DNA of 35,522 nucleotides from Trichomonas gallinae (Eukaryota): NCBI GenBank assembly GCA_008369845.1, contig MRSU01008318.1, positions 1 to 35,522 of the forward strand, read 5' to 3'. Shown piece by piece: positions 19,329 to 28,566 of this stretch (position 1 is its first letter; each line of letters starts with the position of its first letter). The notes under the pieces were generated by a model. It saw only the letters and a program-made list of their open reading frames with translations, ran no database searches and was not told where the DNA came from. The position numbers and the translations under genes were made by a program.

Positions 19329-20756
19329 ATGGAAGATGAATATAAAGATAATTTTGCTCCACAATCAGAGATTGTAAAACAAGAAAATATCGTATTAGTC
19401 AATGAAGATGAAGAAATGAGAAAGAAAATCTTGCTTCACGAAATGTTTACTGTTCAAATTCAAACAATTGCTAATCAAGATTACAATGCATTCGAAAAAA
19501 CTACAAAAGACATCTCAAAATTCGATATTACTGGTATTACTGGAATCTCTGATGTTTTCGAAAGCTCTTCTATTATCAATCATATATTTGAACTGTATTC
19601 ATCTACAGAGGACTTCAATTTGATATATTTATGCAATATTACTCTCATATTCATACTAAAATGTCATCCAGCGACTGTTTTTGATTTTCCGAAAACCCAA
19701 TTAGTTGAAAAAATGGGTCAAACACTGCAACAACCATATAATCCAGCCTCACTGTCTACAATTCAGCTTCTAAATATAATGATTGACGCTGATAAAAATG
19801 ATTCAAACTTTTATTTTAGCGCAATTCCACCAGAAGTCATTCAAAACTTCAGTACACTATTTAATATACGAAATAGAAAGAATTTTTACAGCTTGCCACA
19901 TGATTTATCGATTGAAATTTCCAAATTTTTATCAAATATATGCGAAAGCAACCTCACTCCTGAGCAATCTAATATTATCATTGAATTACTCGGATTTGTC
20001 ATCGAAGGCGAATATGGAGGCACTGATATTGCAATAAGAGCTGCATGCAAATTAATAACAAAGAATTTATTCACATTATATGAGTTTTTCCAGCATGATT
20101 TTCATAATTATATAGCCAAAGTTATTAGAGTAGCCACGTATGAAGAAATGATGGCTGTTTGCGAGTTATTGAAATGTTTGATGGATGATGGATGGAAATG
20201 CAAGGATTTTCCTGTTGAAGATATACTGGATGCCTTTGATAGAATCGAAAGCACAACGTGTAGAGATGAAATATTCCAAGTTTTCAATCAAATGATTCAT
20301 GTCTGCGAATACGAAACATTTCATAAACTTTTGGAGACAGGAATACTTCTAGTTATAGCAAAGCAGATCAAATACATCGAAAACGAAAACATTTGCACAA
20401 AAGAAAAATATCAAGTTAAAAAAGATTTTGCTTCGATTTTCCCTGCTACGATGCTATTGATAGAGTTCTACAAGAAGATGACAAATGATGACATTTTCCA
20501 TTTCACGAATCAAACAGTTGCAATTGCACTTGTTGAAATTATCAAAAGTTTCGATGATTATGATGCGCAAATTGACATTCTAAGGGTAATTCTGAGATGT
20601 TTAGAGGCATTTCAAGTATATGGACAAGTTTATGAGCTCCTTCACATATTATATGAACAAGATTTTAGTGAAGCAATGATTGCCTTGGTTCAGGATGAAG
20701 ATGATGAAGAAATCATTGAGTTAAATAACAGAATATTGGATTATATCCCTGAATGA
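19329..20756 (+). CDS. Hypothetical acidic alpha-helical (ARM/HEAT-like) protein, 475 aa
   Basis: Long ORF with amphipathic helices; C-terminal LVQDEDDEEIIELNNRIL resembles the end of ARM-fold proteins. Confidence 0.8.
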   Translation: MEDEYKDNFAPQSEIVKQENIVLVNEDEEMRKKILLHEMFTVQIQTIANQDYNAFEKTTKDISKFDITGITGISDVFESSSIINHIFELYSSTEDFNLIYLCNITLIFILKCHPATVFDFPKTQLVEKMGQTLQQPYNPASLSTIQLLNIMIDADKNDSNFYFSAIPPEVIQNFSTLFNIRNRKNFYSLPHDLSIEISKFLSNICESNLTPEQSNIIIELLGFVIEGEYGGTDIAIRAACKLITKNLFTLYEFFQHDFHNYIAKVIRVATYEEMMAVCELLKCLMDDGWKCKDFPVEDILDAFDRIESTTCRDEIFQVFNQMIHVCEYETFHKLLETGILLVIAKQIKYIENENICTKEKYQVKKDFASIFPATMLLIEFYKKMTNDDIFHFTNQTVAIALVEIIKSFDDYDAQIDILRVILRCLEAFQVYGQVYELLHILYEQDFSEAMIALVQDEDDEEIIELNNRILDYIPE

Positions 20757-21088
20757 AACTCAATTTTATATATATTATTGTTTTTTTAAAATAAATTTCA
20801 AATTTTAAATTAATTTCAAGGTTTCATCAACAAATTATAAAATCAGAGACAAAAATTAAAGTATCTATCACCTTGTTTTTAAATGATAATCAAGTAATAA
20901 ATATTGAAATTAAATCAAGAAAATTGAAAAATTTAAGTGATGTGGAAATGATTGTTAGATCTTGTGGATTTCGTTATAAAGAAGAAGGATTGAATTTCTT
21001 TGAAATATAAGATTTTTAGATATAAAATGTCAATAAACAAACGTAAATATTTTCATGGTTAACATATTGATAGTAAGTAAATTTCGCA

Positions 21089-21712
21089 TTACTGTGTTAA
21101 ATCACGAATTCTGTGTAAAACAACTTCAAGAGAATCGATTGAAAGTTCAGGAAGTAGTGATAAAACTGCTGTGAGAACTGGTGCATCATTTTTTCTAGGC
21201 TTATGTGCGATTTTTCGTCCAGATGATGATTTATATTCTTGTCTGAGTGGAACAGGTGGAAGAGATTCGATTTCTGGTTTAGAATAATGCTGGACAGGAA
21301 CTTTGTCAGCAGCTGTAACGTCAGCTTCATCCAATTTAGTTAATTGAGGTAACATCTGAATAACTCTTGATCTGTAGTTTGGTTCTTTGGCTATAGGGTT
21401 TTCACTTAACCACAGTGTGCGAAGATTCTTCAAATTGACCAGATATCCAATTTCTTCGAAATCACTGATTAAGTTGTTTCTTAAAAACAGCTCTCTTAGT
21501 TTTGGACATGCTGCAAATGGCTTAAGTGTTTGTATTTTATTAACCGAAAGAGCAATATTCTCGAGTGCGGGCATTTTTTCAATAATACTAACATCTGTTA
21601 AGTTTTTACCCCACATATTCAAGTTTTTGACTTCATGAATGCTAGGCACATTTGCCTGCTTCTTTATAATTTCTTCAGTGAGGATTTTTGTCGTCAAAGG
21701 AGCTCTCTTCAT
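21089..21712 (-). CDS. CFAP410: Cilia- and flagella-associated LRR protein, CFAP410/C21orf2 homolog
   Basis: VKNLNMWG, LSVNKI, LRELFLRNN, LRTLWLSENP, YRSRVIQMLPQLTKLD (LRRcap) and C-terminal VLTAVLSLLPEL..LEVV. Start re-called at ATG 21712 (MKRAPLT). Confidence 0.85.
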   Translation of the reverse strand: MKRAPLTTKILTEEIIKKQANVPSIHEVKNLNMWGKNLTDVSIIEKMPALENIALSVNKIQTLKPFAACPKLRELFLRNNLISDFEEIGYLVNLKNLRTLWLSENPIAKEPNYRSRVIQMLPQLTKLDEADVTAADKVPVQHYSKPEIESLPPVPLRQEYKSSSGRKIAHKPRKNDAPVLTAVLSLLPELSIDSLEVVLHRIRDLTQ

Positions 21713-21784
21713 TTTTGTCAAAAAAACGTTTTGATTTTTTGTCAAATAAACAATTTTTGTCATGTAAAATCCATTATTTGTCAT
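21713..21784. promoter_or_regulatory. 72-bp bidirectional promoter region
   Basis: Lies between divergent ATGs at 21712 and 21785; TTTGTCA with G at 21717, 21741, 21759, 21780; full copy TTTTGTCATGTAAA 21755-21768. Confidence 0.7.
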
Positions 21785-23077
21785 ATGAATATAACTTTAT
21801 CGAAATTACTGGTTAAAAATGTTTTAGACTCTCCATTTATTAGCTTAAATCAGAGGAAACTAGCTTACTATTTAAATATCCAATCAAGTTCTTTTAGTTT
21901 CTTTGCAAAATCAGCATTTTTAATCAATAACAGACAATATTCAACACATTTCGATAAAACATCCTTTAAAAACTTTATAAGTACACCTGTTAAAATCAAT
22001 ACACAATCTTTTTCTGACCAAATCTTCTCTTCTAAAATTTCTCCAAAATGTGATTATAACATTGCTATAAATACATGCAGTTTTATTAATTGTACATCAC
22101 ATGATGATGCTGGTGCTCTAGATATTATATGCGATTCACCTATTTTAATTATATCAAAATCAATTTTCACGAATTGTCATTCAACAGGAGCCAATTACGG
22201 TTGTCTTCATGCTAACAGTACAAAATCTTCAGCTATTTACAATACATGCTTTACTAGATGCAGTGCAAAGAAACAATATCAAATATTTTTCATTAATGTT
22301 AAATCAAAGGCTGCATTTAATGTGTCTGGAATGCATGAATCCGGATACATAGCGCAAAATGAACTACATACGAATAGCTCATATATTAAAATCTGTGATT
22401 TAGTCTCAGGAACGCAAAGAATAAGTTTAATCAATAGTACGCATAATTATGTTGGAAAATTAGCTTCAGGGCTTGCAATTAGCAATCCATTTGAAGTTGA
22501 TCTTAAATTTTGCAATTTTGGATTCCTAGCAGATGGTTTTGCTCTTGAGCGGAAAGGAAAGGCAGAGTTATCAGAAAAATATAATAAAATAAATGTATTT
22601 CATTCGCTAAATCCTGGAATCGGAACGTTATATCTCGATATATTTGGTTCTATTAGTGATTCAGTATTTTACAATATAACATACAACCCATTCATACATG
22701 GAAACAAATCATGCATTGCAATAATCGAAAAGTGCGTTTTTGACCAGCCTTTAATCAATATTAAAATTATTGATAATAATGGAATAAATAACAGAATCGT
22801 TCAGTTCAAAGAGTGCACTTTTGCGGCAGATGACATAACAGCGCAGCCATTTTCTCAACCAGATAATCTATATTGTTATTCATTTAATCCGGTAATAGAT
22901 ATATCGATTGTAGAGCGTGCTAGAATATGGATAAATAATAACCCACACATCATTGGTTTCGGTGTTTGCTTAGTTTTGAGTATTATTGCTGGAATTGCTT
23001 ACTGGAAGTCCAAGAATTATTTAGCAGTCAAGGTTCCAATAGCATTCGCTATTCCTAATGTAGACAAGCATGTTTAA
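21785..23077 (+). CDS. Single-pass surface protein with putative right-handed beta-helix (pectin-lyase/Pmp-like) ectodomain, 430 aa
   Basis: Repeated CxFxNC/S-type coils (INTCSFINCTS, SIFTNCHS, NTCFTRCSA, EKCVFD, KECTF); TM IIGFGVCLVLSIIAGIAYW. Start re-called at ATG 21785. Confidence 0.75.
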   Translation: MNITLSKLLVKNVLDSPFISLNQRKLAYYLNIQSSSFSFFAKSAFLINNRQYSTHFDKTSFKNFISTPVKINTQSFSDQIFSSKISPKCDYNIAINTCSFINCTSHDDAGALDIICDSPILIISKSIFTNCHSTGANYGCLHANSTKSSAIYNTCFTRCSAKKQYQIFFINVKSKAAFNVSGMHESGYIAQNELHTNSSYIKICDLVSGTQRISLINSTHNYVGKLASGLAISNPFEVDLKFCNFGFLADGFALERKGKAELSEKYNKINVFHSLNPGIGTLYLDIFGSISDSVFYNITYNPFIHGNKSCIAIIEKCVFDQPLINIKIIDNNGINNRIVQFKECTFAADDITAQPFSQPDNLYCYSFNPVIDISIVERARIWINNNPHIIGFGVCLVLSIIAGIAYWKSKNYLAVKVPIAFAIPNVDKHV

Positions 23078-23728
23078 TTTACTTAGTATTGGATGATTGT
23101 CATTTTTATTATTACACCGAATTTTACTGCGTGATTCTTCTCCTGTAGTCCAAACGGAAGCAAGCTCTCAGTTCCGAAATCAAATTATACGACTGTGATG
23201 AAAAATGACAATATTTTTGCAATGAAAATGCCATGTTCCACGTTTATTGATGTATATGCACGCTACACTATATGATCCTTAAATCAATTTTGTTGTTGTT
23301 TTTTTTATAAAATTAAATAATATATAAGGTATTAATGTCTACAATAATTTTGACTTTTATGTTTTTCAATTCAAATATAAAAAAATTCCAAAAAAAAAAA
23401 AAATAACGATAATTTTTCTCAAAAATTGATTACATTTTTTTATTTTCTGAATACGATAAAGAAAAACCGAAGTTGACAAACATGCTTATACACTTATTCA
23501 TGCATTTTTCTTTTTATTTCTCATCAAAAATATTAATAGTAAGATATAGTATATAGAAATGATATAGATTCCAAAAATCACAAAATTAGGCATTATTTTT
23601 TTGGATTACTTTACAAATGTACGTTTGCTTTTTCAGAGCTTTTTCAAATGAAAAGTGCAATCAAATATATTATCTATTTCGTTATTACAAAAATGAATAA
23701 AAATAATTCATAGAATTACATACGATAA

Positions 23729-23758
23729 AACGGTTTGACCACTGTTGATTGTCACTTT
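23729..23758 (+). promoter_or_regulatory. M3-like motif (AACGGTT) followed by Inr (TCACTTT) upstream of the Myb gene
   Basis: AACGGTT 23729-23735 and TCACTTT 23752-23758 match described T. vaginalis core promoter elements. Confidence 0.55.
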
Positions 23759-23805
23759 TCTCATTTGTCGGTAAATCTGTCAGCCAATAACTTTTTTATT
23801 ATATA

Positions 23806-24342
23806 ATGAATTTTACAATGAGCCAGATGCTTCGTTTGCAATTTCAAACCCCTAGGAAGACGCATCCGAAGGTTAAGTTCACTGTCGAGGATGATGCTAA
23901 ACTCAAATCGATCGTAGAAGAATATGGAGAAAGCGATTGGAATCTTATTTCACAGAAAATGGAGTCAAGGAACCCACGCCAATGCCGCGAAAGATGGGAG
24001 AACTATCTTTCTCCACGAGTAAATCACACGCCTTTCACACAGGACGAAGATTTGAAGTTATTGCAATCATACGAGGAAATGGGTCCGAAATGGGTTGCAA
24101 TTTCAAAGCGCTTCAACAATAGAACTGACATTAGCGTCAAGAGCCGCTGGATGGTTCTTAAACGCCGCAATATTACGAAAGAATCCATTAAGAATCAGCG
24201 CCAGATGACAGCAGAAGAAATCAAAAACGATTATCAGGAAAGGAGCGCCAATGTAGACAAGATTATACAGAGACTTTCTGACATTGCTGAGTTTTCTGAT
24301 AATGAATGGATGACATTCGACTTCAACGCGGTTTGCTACTAA
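23806..24342 (+). CDS. R2R3 Myb-like DNA-binding protein
   Basis: KFTVEDDAKL..DWNLIS..RNPRQCRERWENYL and FTQDEDLKL..GPKWVAIS..RTDISVKSRW. Confidence 0.95.
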   Translation: MNFTMSQMLRLQFQTPRKTHPKVKFTVEDDAKLKSIVEEYGESDWNLISQKMESRNPRQCRERWENYLSPRVNHTPFTQDEDLKLLQSYEEMGPKWVAISKRFNNRTDISVKSRWMVLKRRNITKESIKNQRQMTAEEIKNDYQERSANVDKIIQRLSDIAEFSDNEWMTFDFNAVCY

Positions 24343-24559
24343 TTTTCTATGCATATTGTTTATAATAATAAAGGACTTGACAATATATACGATGCAAGTT
24401 CCTCAAAATTTGATTTTTTCTTATATTTTCATTGTAAGATTCATCAAATTTCATAAATTCTATCTTTTCACTCGTAAATTTCTTTTCTTTTTCGATACCT
24501 AACATAATATACAGAAATTTAATAAAAAACAAAATACAATTTAATAATAACAAAAAAAA

Positions 24560-25843
24560 TCAAACATTACACGTTTCGCAAATCACCATTGACTTCTCTA
24601 TCTTACCAACCTTTCCACTTGTATTTCTAGCGGTCATAATACCGTCATCTTCCGATTCAATGATTAAAAATTCTCCAGGAAACACGCCAAGCCAATCATC
24701 AACATATGCAGAGCTCTTTAACGATAGAGCTGTTTTAACTTTCTTGATTTGAATACAACAGGTTGGAATATAACCTTCTGGAAAGATTTTGTTTGTAGAA
24801 GCAAGCGTCCATATGTCATTAGGTGGCTCATAGAGATAAATTTCTTGCCCTTTTTCACATGAAATTTCATTTTCAGCACAACCAAAGAAATCTTCTATAG
24901 CTTCAGCAACAAGAATCGGTGCTTCATATAAATTTCCTTTTGCGAAGCATGGATCTGTATAAAGATCAATTTCAGGAGAATGAAAATTATATTTTTCGTA
25001 GGTATCATTTCCGATGTAAGTTCTTGTCATTTGGTGCTTTAGGATGTAATTCTTGAGATCTGTAATTGCGATTTGCGTCGAATCATCAGCTGGGTGTTTT
25101 TTGCAAATATTTAAGTAAACGCTTCTGAAAAATTCACTTGCCGTCGATTGGAATTCTGCATGTTGTTCAATCCAGTTCAATATTGTTTGACTGCGCTCCA
25201 AACTCAGTTTTTTCATGTGATCATATGCTTTTGAAAGTAAAGTCATGTAATGTGTATATGCAACATTCATTTTCATGGATAGATACTTCTGATTCTGCAC
25301 AATTTCTATCACTTGAAGTGAAAAAGCATGTGTTTTAATCACATCTTTTTTGTTCGCTTTCATTTCTTTAATTAATGCGTTAAGTTGTGTTTCATTGCTT
25401 TGTATTTTCGTCCATAGGTCTTTCCACTGTTGAAAAGCCTCTTTTGTCGTAAATGATATGTTATTCATTGTTGTAATCGATGTAATCATTGCGCCTTTGA
25501 CTTTCGGAAGACAAACATTTTCAATCATTTGTACATAAACTAGTGTTTGTCCGCAGATTTCACCGACCATCTTCTTAATTTGATGTATTTGCGTTTCTGT
25601 GTATCCCGGGAAACCAGGAGCTAAGTCAAATCTGCTATTTATTGCTTGATTAAACTTTTCCAGTTTGTTCGGCATGATTAAAGAGCTTTCCAAAGCAAAT
25701 TTTTTTAAATGTGGAATAAGTTTTGTAATAAAAGTCGGTATATCTTTGAAATTCTCCAATATCATCATTTCCGTGTTGAAATTGCGCTCGAATTTCTCTC
25801 TTTCGAGGTACATCTGCCTCTCCTGCTCGAGGAATGAGTTCAT
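24560..25843 (-). CDS. Helical (BAR/F-BAR-like) protein with C-terminal SH3 and a degenerate second SH3
   Basis: AEAIEDF..ENEISCEKGQEI..W..GYIP (SH3); WLGVFPGEFLII..GKVGKI (SH3-like); long helical N-terminus. The BAR call is inferred from architecture only. Confidence 0.75.
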   Translation of the reverse strand: MNSFLEQERQMYLEREKFERNFNTEMMILENFKDIPTFITKLIPHLKKFALESSLIMPNKLEKFNQAINSRFDLAPGFPGYTETQIHQIKKMVGEICGQTLVYVQMIENVCLPKVKGAMITSITTMNNISFTTKEAFQQWKDLWTKIQSNETQLNALIKEMKANKKDVIKTHAFSLQVIEIVQNQKYLSMKMNVAYTHYMTLLSKAYDHMKKLSLERSQTILNWIEQHAEFQSTASEFFRSVYLNICKKHPADDSTQIAITDLKNYILKHQMTRTYIGNDTYEKYNFHSPEIDLYTDPCFAKGNLYEAPILVAEAIEDFFGCAENEISCEKGQEIYLYEPPNDIWTLASTNKIFPEGYIPTCCIQIKKVKTALSLKSSAYVDDWLGVFPGEFLIIESEDDGIMTARNTSGKVGKIEKSMVICETCNV

Positions 25844-26470
25844 GATTTTATCTATCTGTCACAATACTCTCAAAATTATCAACCACACAATTCTGGCACG
25901 TAAACTAAAATTTTATTATCAAATTTATGTAAACGACCAAATGTAATTAAGTTTTTTGTCAGATTTTAACATTTTTTGACAAGTAAACTATTTTATTATC
26001 GGTTTTTTACGATAACAACGATACGTAAACTAAAATGTTGTCAGATTTCAGATAGTTCTACTACTTCAAAAATACTCATCAAAACACTCACATCTATCAT
26101 TTTTACGGCAAATTATCAACAAAAATACTCAAAATTAGCAATAAAATCTTGAAAATTGTTCTCTTTTTAAGCTTCATGAAATTGCTTTTTGTTATTATCT
26201 ATTATATAAGCAAACGGAGATTTATTTCGTTAAATTTTCTTATTTTCTCTATATGACATTCAATTCAATAATATTGTGCTCAGACAATTTGTATATTATT
26301 TTTAATATATGTATATACTAAAATAATTAATTTATATTAGAATTGATATTAACTTGCAAATTCTCATTTTCAAAATATATTTTTCGAGAAGTTCTTGAAT
26401 AATAGAAGTAATATAATGGTTTGATGAAGAAGGATGATAAGACTGTTTATTCTAAGTAAAATAAACCAAA

Positions 26471-27055
26471 TTATTTGAAATATTTACGAACGTCATTTTT
26501 AGCAGCGTTGCAAAGATTTGATAGTTCATTTGCTGTGAATGGTCTTGAATGATATGTTGTCCATCTCTTTGTGAAAATGAACCATGATCTCCTGTAATGG
26601 TTAATATAGCATTGTCCCTGAACGTTCTTCATTGATTGTCCACCACTTACCTTGATTACGTATTGAGTTGGAGTAGTTGGATCTCTTGTTACAACAATCT
26701 TTAATCCTTTAAGTTTGTAAAGACGTTCTCCATTTGCTTCATTGATTCCTTTCATATCAGCATTGAATATTAATTTTGAAGTTTTACCATTCTTAGAAAT
26801 AAATTTTGCAGATTTTAATGAATTTGAAATTTCTTTATATGGAAATCCAGTTTTTCCCGAGATATAAGAAGCTGCTACTGAAAGATCTGTAGTTGTATAT
26901 GTGAAATCATGTGATGTTACTCTTGTTGATGTTGTTTTCATTGGAAGTGGAATTGCAGCTGAATCAGAAGAAGCTGAAAACCAACCATTGGCTTCTGGCT
27001 CTGGTTCTCTATTTTCTTCAATCGATGAAGATAAAAAGGCTAAGAAAAGAAACAT
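26471..27055 (-). CDS. Putative secreted basic protein, 194 aa, unknown function
   Basis: Short hydrophobic leader MFLFLAFLSS; Inr-like TCACTTT (27106-27100) and AACGGTT (27080-27074) upstream on the minus strand. Confidence 0.8.
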   Translation of the reverse strand: MFLFLAFLSSSIEENREPEPEANGWFSASSDSAAIPLPMKTTSTRVTSHDFTYTTTDLSVAASYISGKTGFPYKEISNSLKSAKFISKNGKTSKLIFNADMKGINEANGERLYKLKGLKIVVTRDPTTPTQYVIKVSGGQSMKNVQGQCYINHYRRSWFIFTKRWTTYHSRPFTANELSNLCNAAKNDVRKYFK

Positions 27056-27680
27056 TTTAAGTTTTAAGTTTAAAACCGTTTTTGCTTGTCAGAATCCAAA
27101 AAGTGACGCGTCAAATCGTCAAATTCCTTTAATATCATTATATTATTCTATTTAGAGTATAATCATCGCAACGCATTTTTAACTTTACAACTATTCAATT
27201 TTATAACCTCAAATTTTAATATCGTGATATATAATAAGGATAAAGCAATATATAAATTTCAAAAAAAATATCAAGTTTATCCATCTCTTCTACAGTAGTT
27301 ATTGACGTTCGCTAACAGGACACTTTGATAAATGCTATGAGGGACTATGTATTACATTTGCATTATCACGGAACGTCTACATCAAACTTATTTAATATTC
27401 AGCGAATATTATTGGACAGTTGATGCTGTTCATTCATATAAACTAACTACACATTTATTATATAACATATTCATATGCTTTTTAGTACCAAATTACGAAT
27501 ATTTTTCAAACAATAAAATATTTTATTGTTCTTTTCTTGGTCATAGCATTATATATAATCATTACTAGGATTCACTATTTTCATTTAAACGCTTATAGAT
27601 TATTTTGTTTAATACAAATTCATGAAAATAATATTAATTTAATCTCATATCTTATTTTTGTATCTGTTTGTTTGAGTAAG

Positions 27681-28325
27681 TCAAGTATTCTTAGATATAT
27701 GTCCAATAATACTTACATCTTCTTCATCATTATCAAAATCAGATCCAAACTGAGAATCATCACCATCAATTCCTCCAATAAGCTCAATCTTATTCAGAGC
27801 GATGCATGGTGGATCTCCTGGACAAGCTTCATCTTGAATAAGTCTAATATATTTTGCTTGATATGGTTTGCTGAAATGGAATGTTTTCTCTTTACACTCT
27901 CTTAAATCATAGTCCTTTTCAACTTTATGGATTGTCGTCCATGTTGAATTATCTTCTGAAATCTGGAAAGACCAGCTAAACAAGCAACACATGCAAGAAT
28001 AGCTTACTGTTTCATAGCAGCAGCATCTTGATGCATCACAGCATCCGGCTTTAAGATAATATCCTTGAAGATTCATCTTTTTGTTTTTAACTGATAAAAT
28101 CATGAACGGATGCTCATCATATGTATCAGGACAGTTAGAGCACCAATCATATGACTTATCAGTTTGATCGAAAGCATATTCAGGTTTTGTTTTTTTAATA
28201 CTTCCATTTATAAGCTGAGAACTAGACCCACTGACAGAGTATTCGATCCAGTTGTTAGCATAAGCCTTCTTAAGAATTGCATTCGCATCAGTTATCAATG
28301 TTTCCGAAATCAAAAAATTCAGCAT
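27681..28325 (-). CDS. Cys-rich F5/8 type C-like protein, 214 aa (paralog of 5584-6219)
   Basis: Shares VSGSSSQ, TKPEYAFDQ, YDWCSNC, GCC..CCC..CxCCLFSWSFQIS, CPGD..CIA.NKIELIG, EDVSIIG. Start re-called at ATG 28325 by alignment to the paralog. Confidence 0.85.
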   Translation of the reverse strand: MLNFLISETLITDANAILKKAYANNWIEYSVSGSSSQLINGSIKKTKPEYAFDQTDKSYDWCSNCPDTYDEHPFMILSVKNKKMNLQGYYLKAGCCDASRCCCYETVSYSCMCCLFSWSFQISEDNSTWTTIHKVEKDYDLRECKEKTFHFSKPYQAKYIRLIQDEACPGDPPCIALNKIELIGGIDGDDSQFGSDFDNDEEDVSIIGHISKNT

Positions 28326-28343
28326 TTTACAAATTTGCCATAT

Positions 28344-28503
28344 TTTTGTTTTGTAAACATACCATATTTTATTATTTTTGTCATGTAAACATATCAATTT
28401 TATTTATTCTTGCTATGTAAATATGTCACATTTCATCATTTTTGTCATGTAAAACTATCAATTCTCTTCATTTTTGTTATGTAAACTAGTCACATTTTAA
28501 TAT
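28344..28503 (+). repeat. Five degenerate 32-bp tandem units, each carrying the upstream element, in a divergent intergenic region
   Basis: GTAAA at 28353, 28385, 28417, 28449, 28481 (exact 32-bp period). Confidence 0.8.
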
Positions 28504-28566
28504 GTAAATTCGTCACGTTTTATTAAATTTGTCACTTTTAATATGCAAATATCATTTTTATAATTA

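Noticed and set aside
21635..21784. Apparent overlap of CFAP410 with the 480-aa ORF (also the 12741-12762 overlap and the 28326-28397 extension)
   Set aside because: The extensions translate promoter repeats; homology and context support the downstream ATGs.
23090..23270. Higher-GC intergenic patches (also ~13400-13720, 18580-19060, 27300-27450, 30790-31000, 31430-31560)
   Set aside because: Possibly decayed genes, but manual translation gave no family I could support.
1..25843. Functional cluster of trafficking/GTPase regulators (TBC, PH-kinase, VPS9, RalGAP-like, SH3)
   Set aside because: These families are greatly expanded in trichomonads and are interspersed with unrelated genes here; no evidence of co-regulation.
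28344..28503. 32-bp periodic array as a CRISPR array
   Set aside because: Units are contiguous and degenerate along their whole length, with no identical repeats, no unique spacers and no cas genes; the context is eukaryotic.
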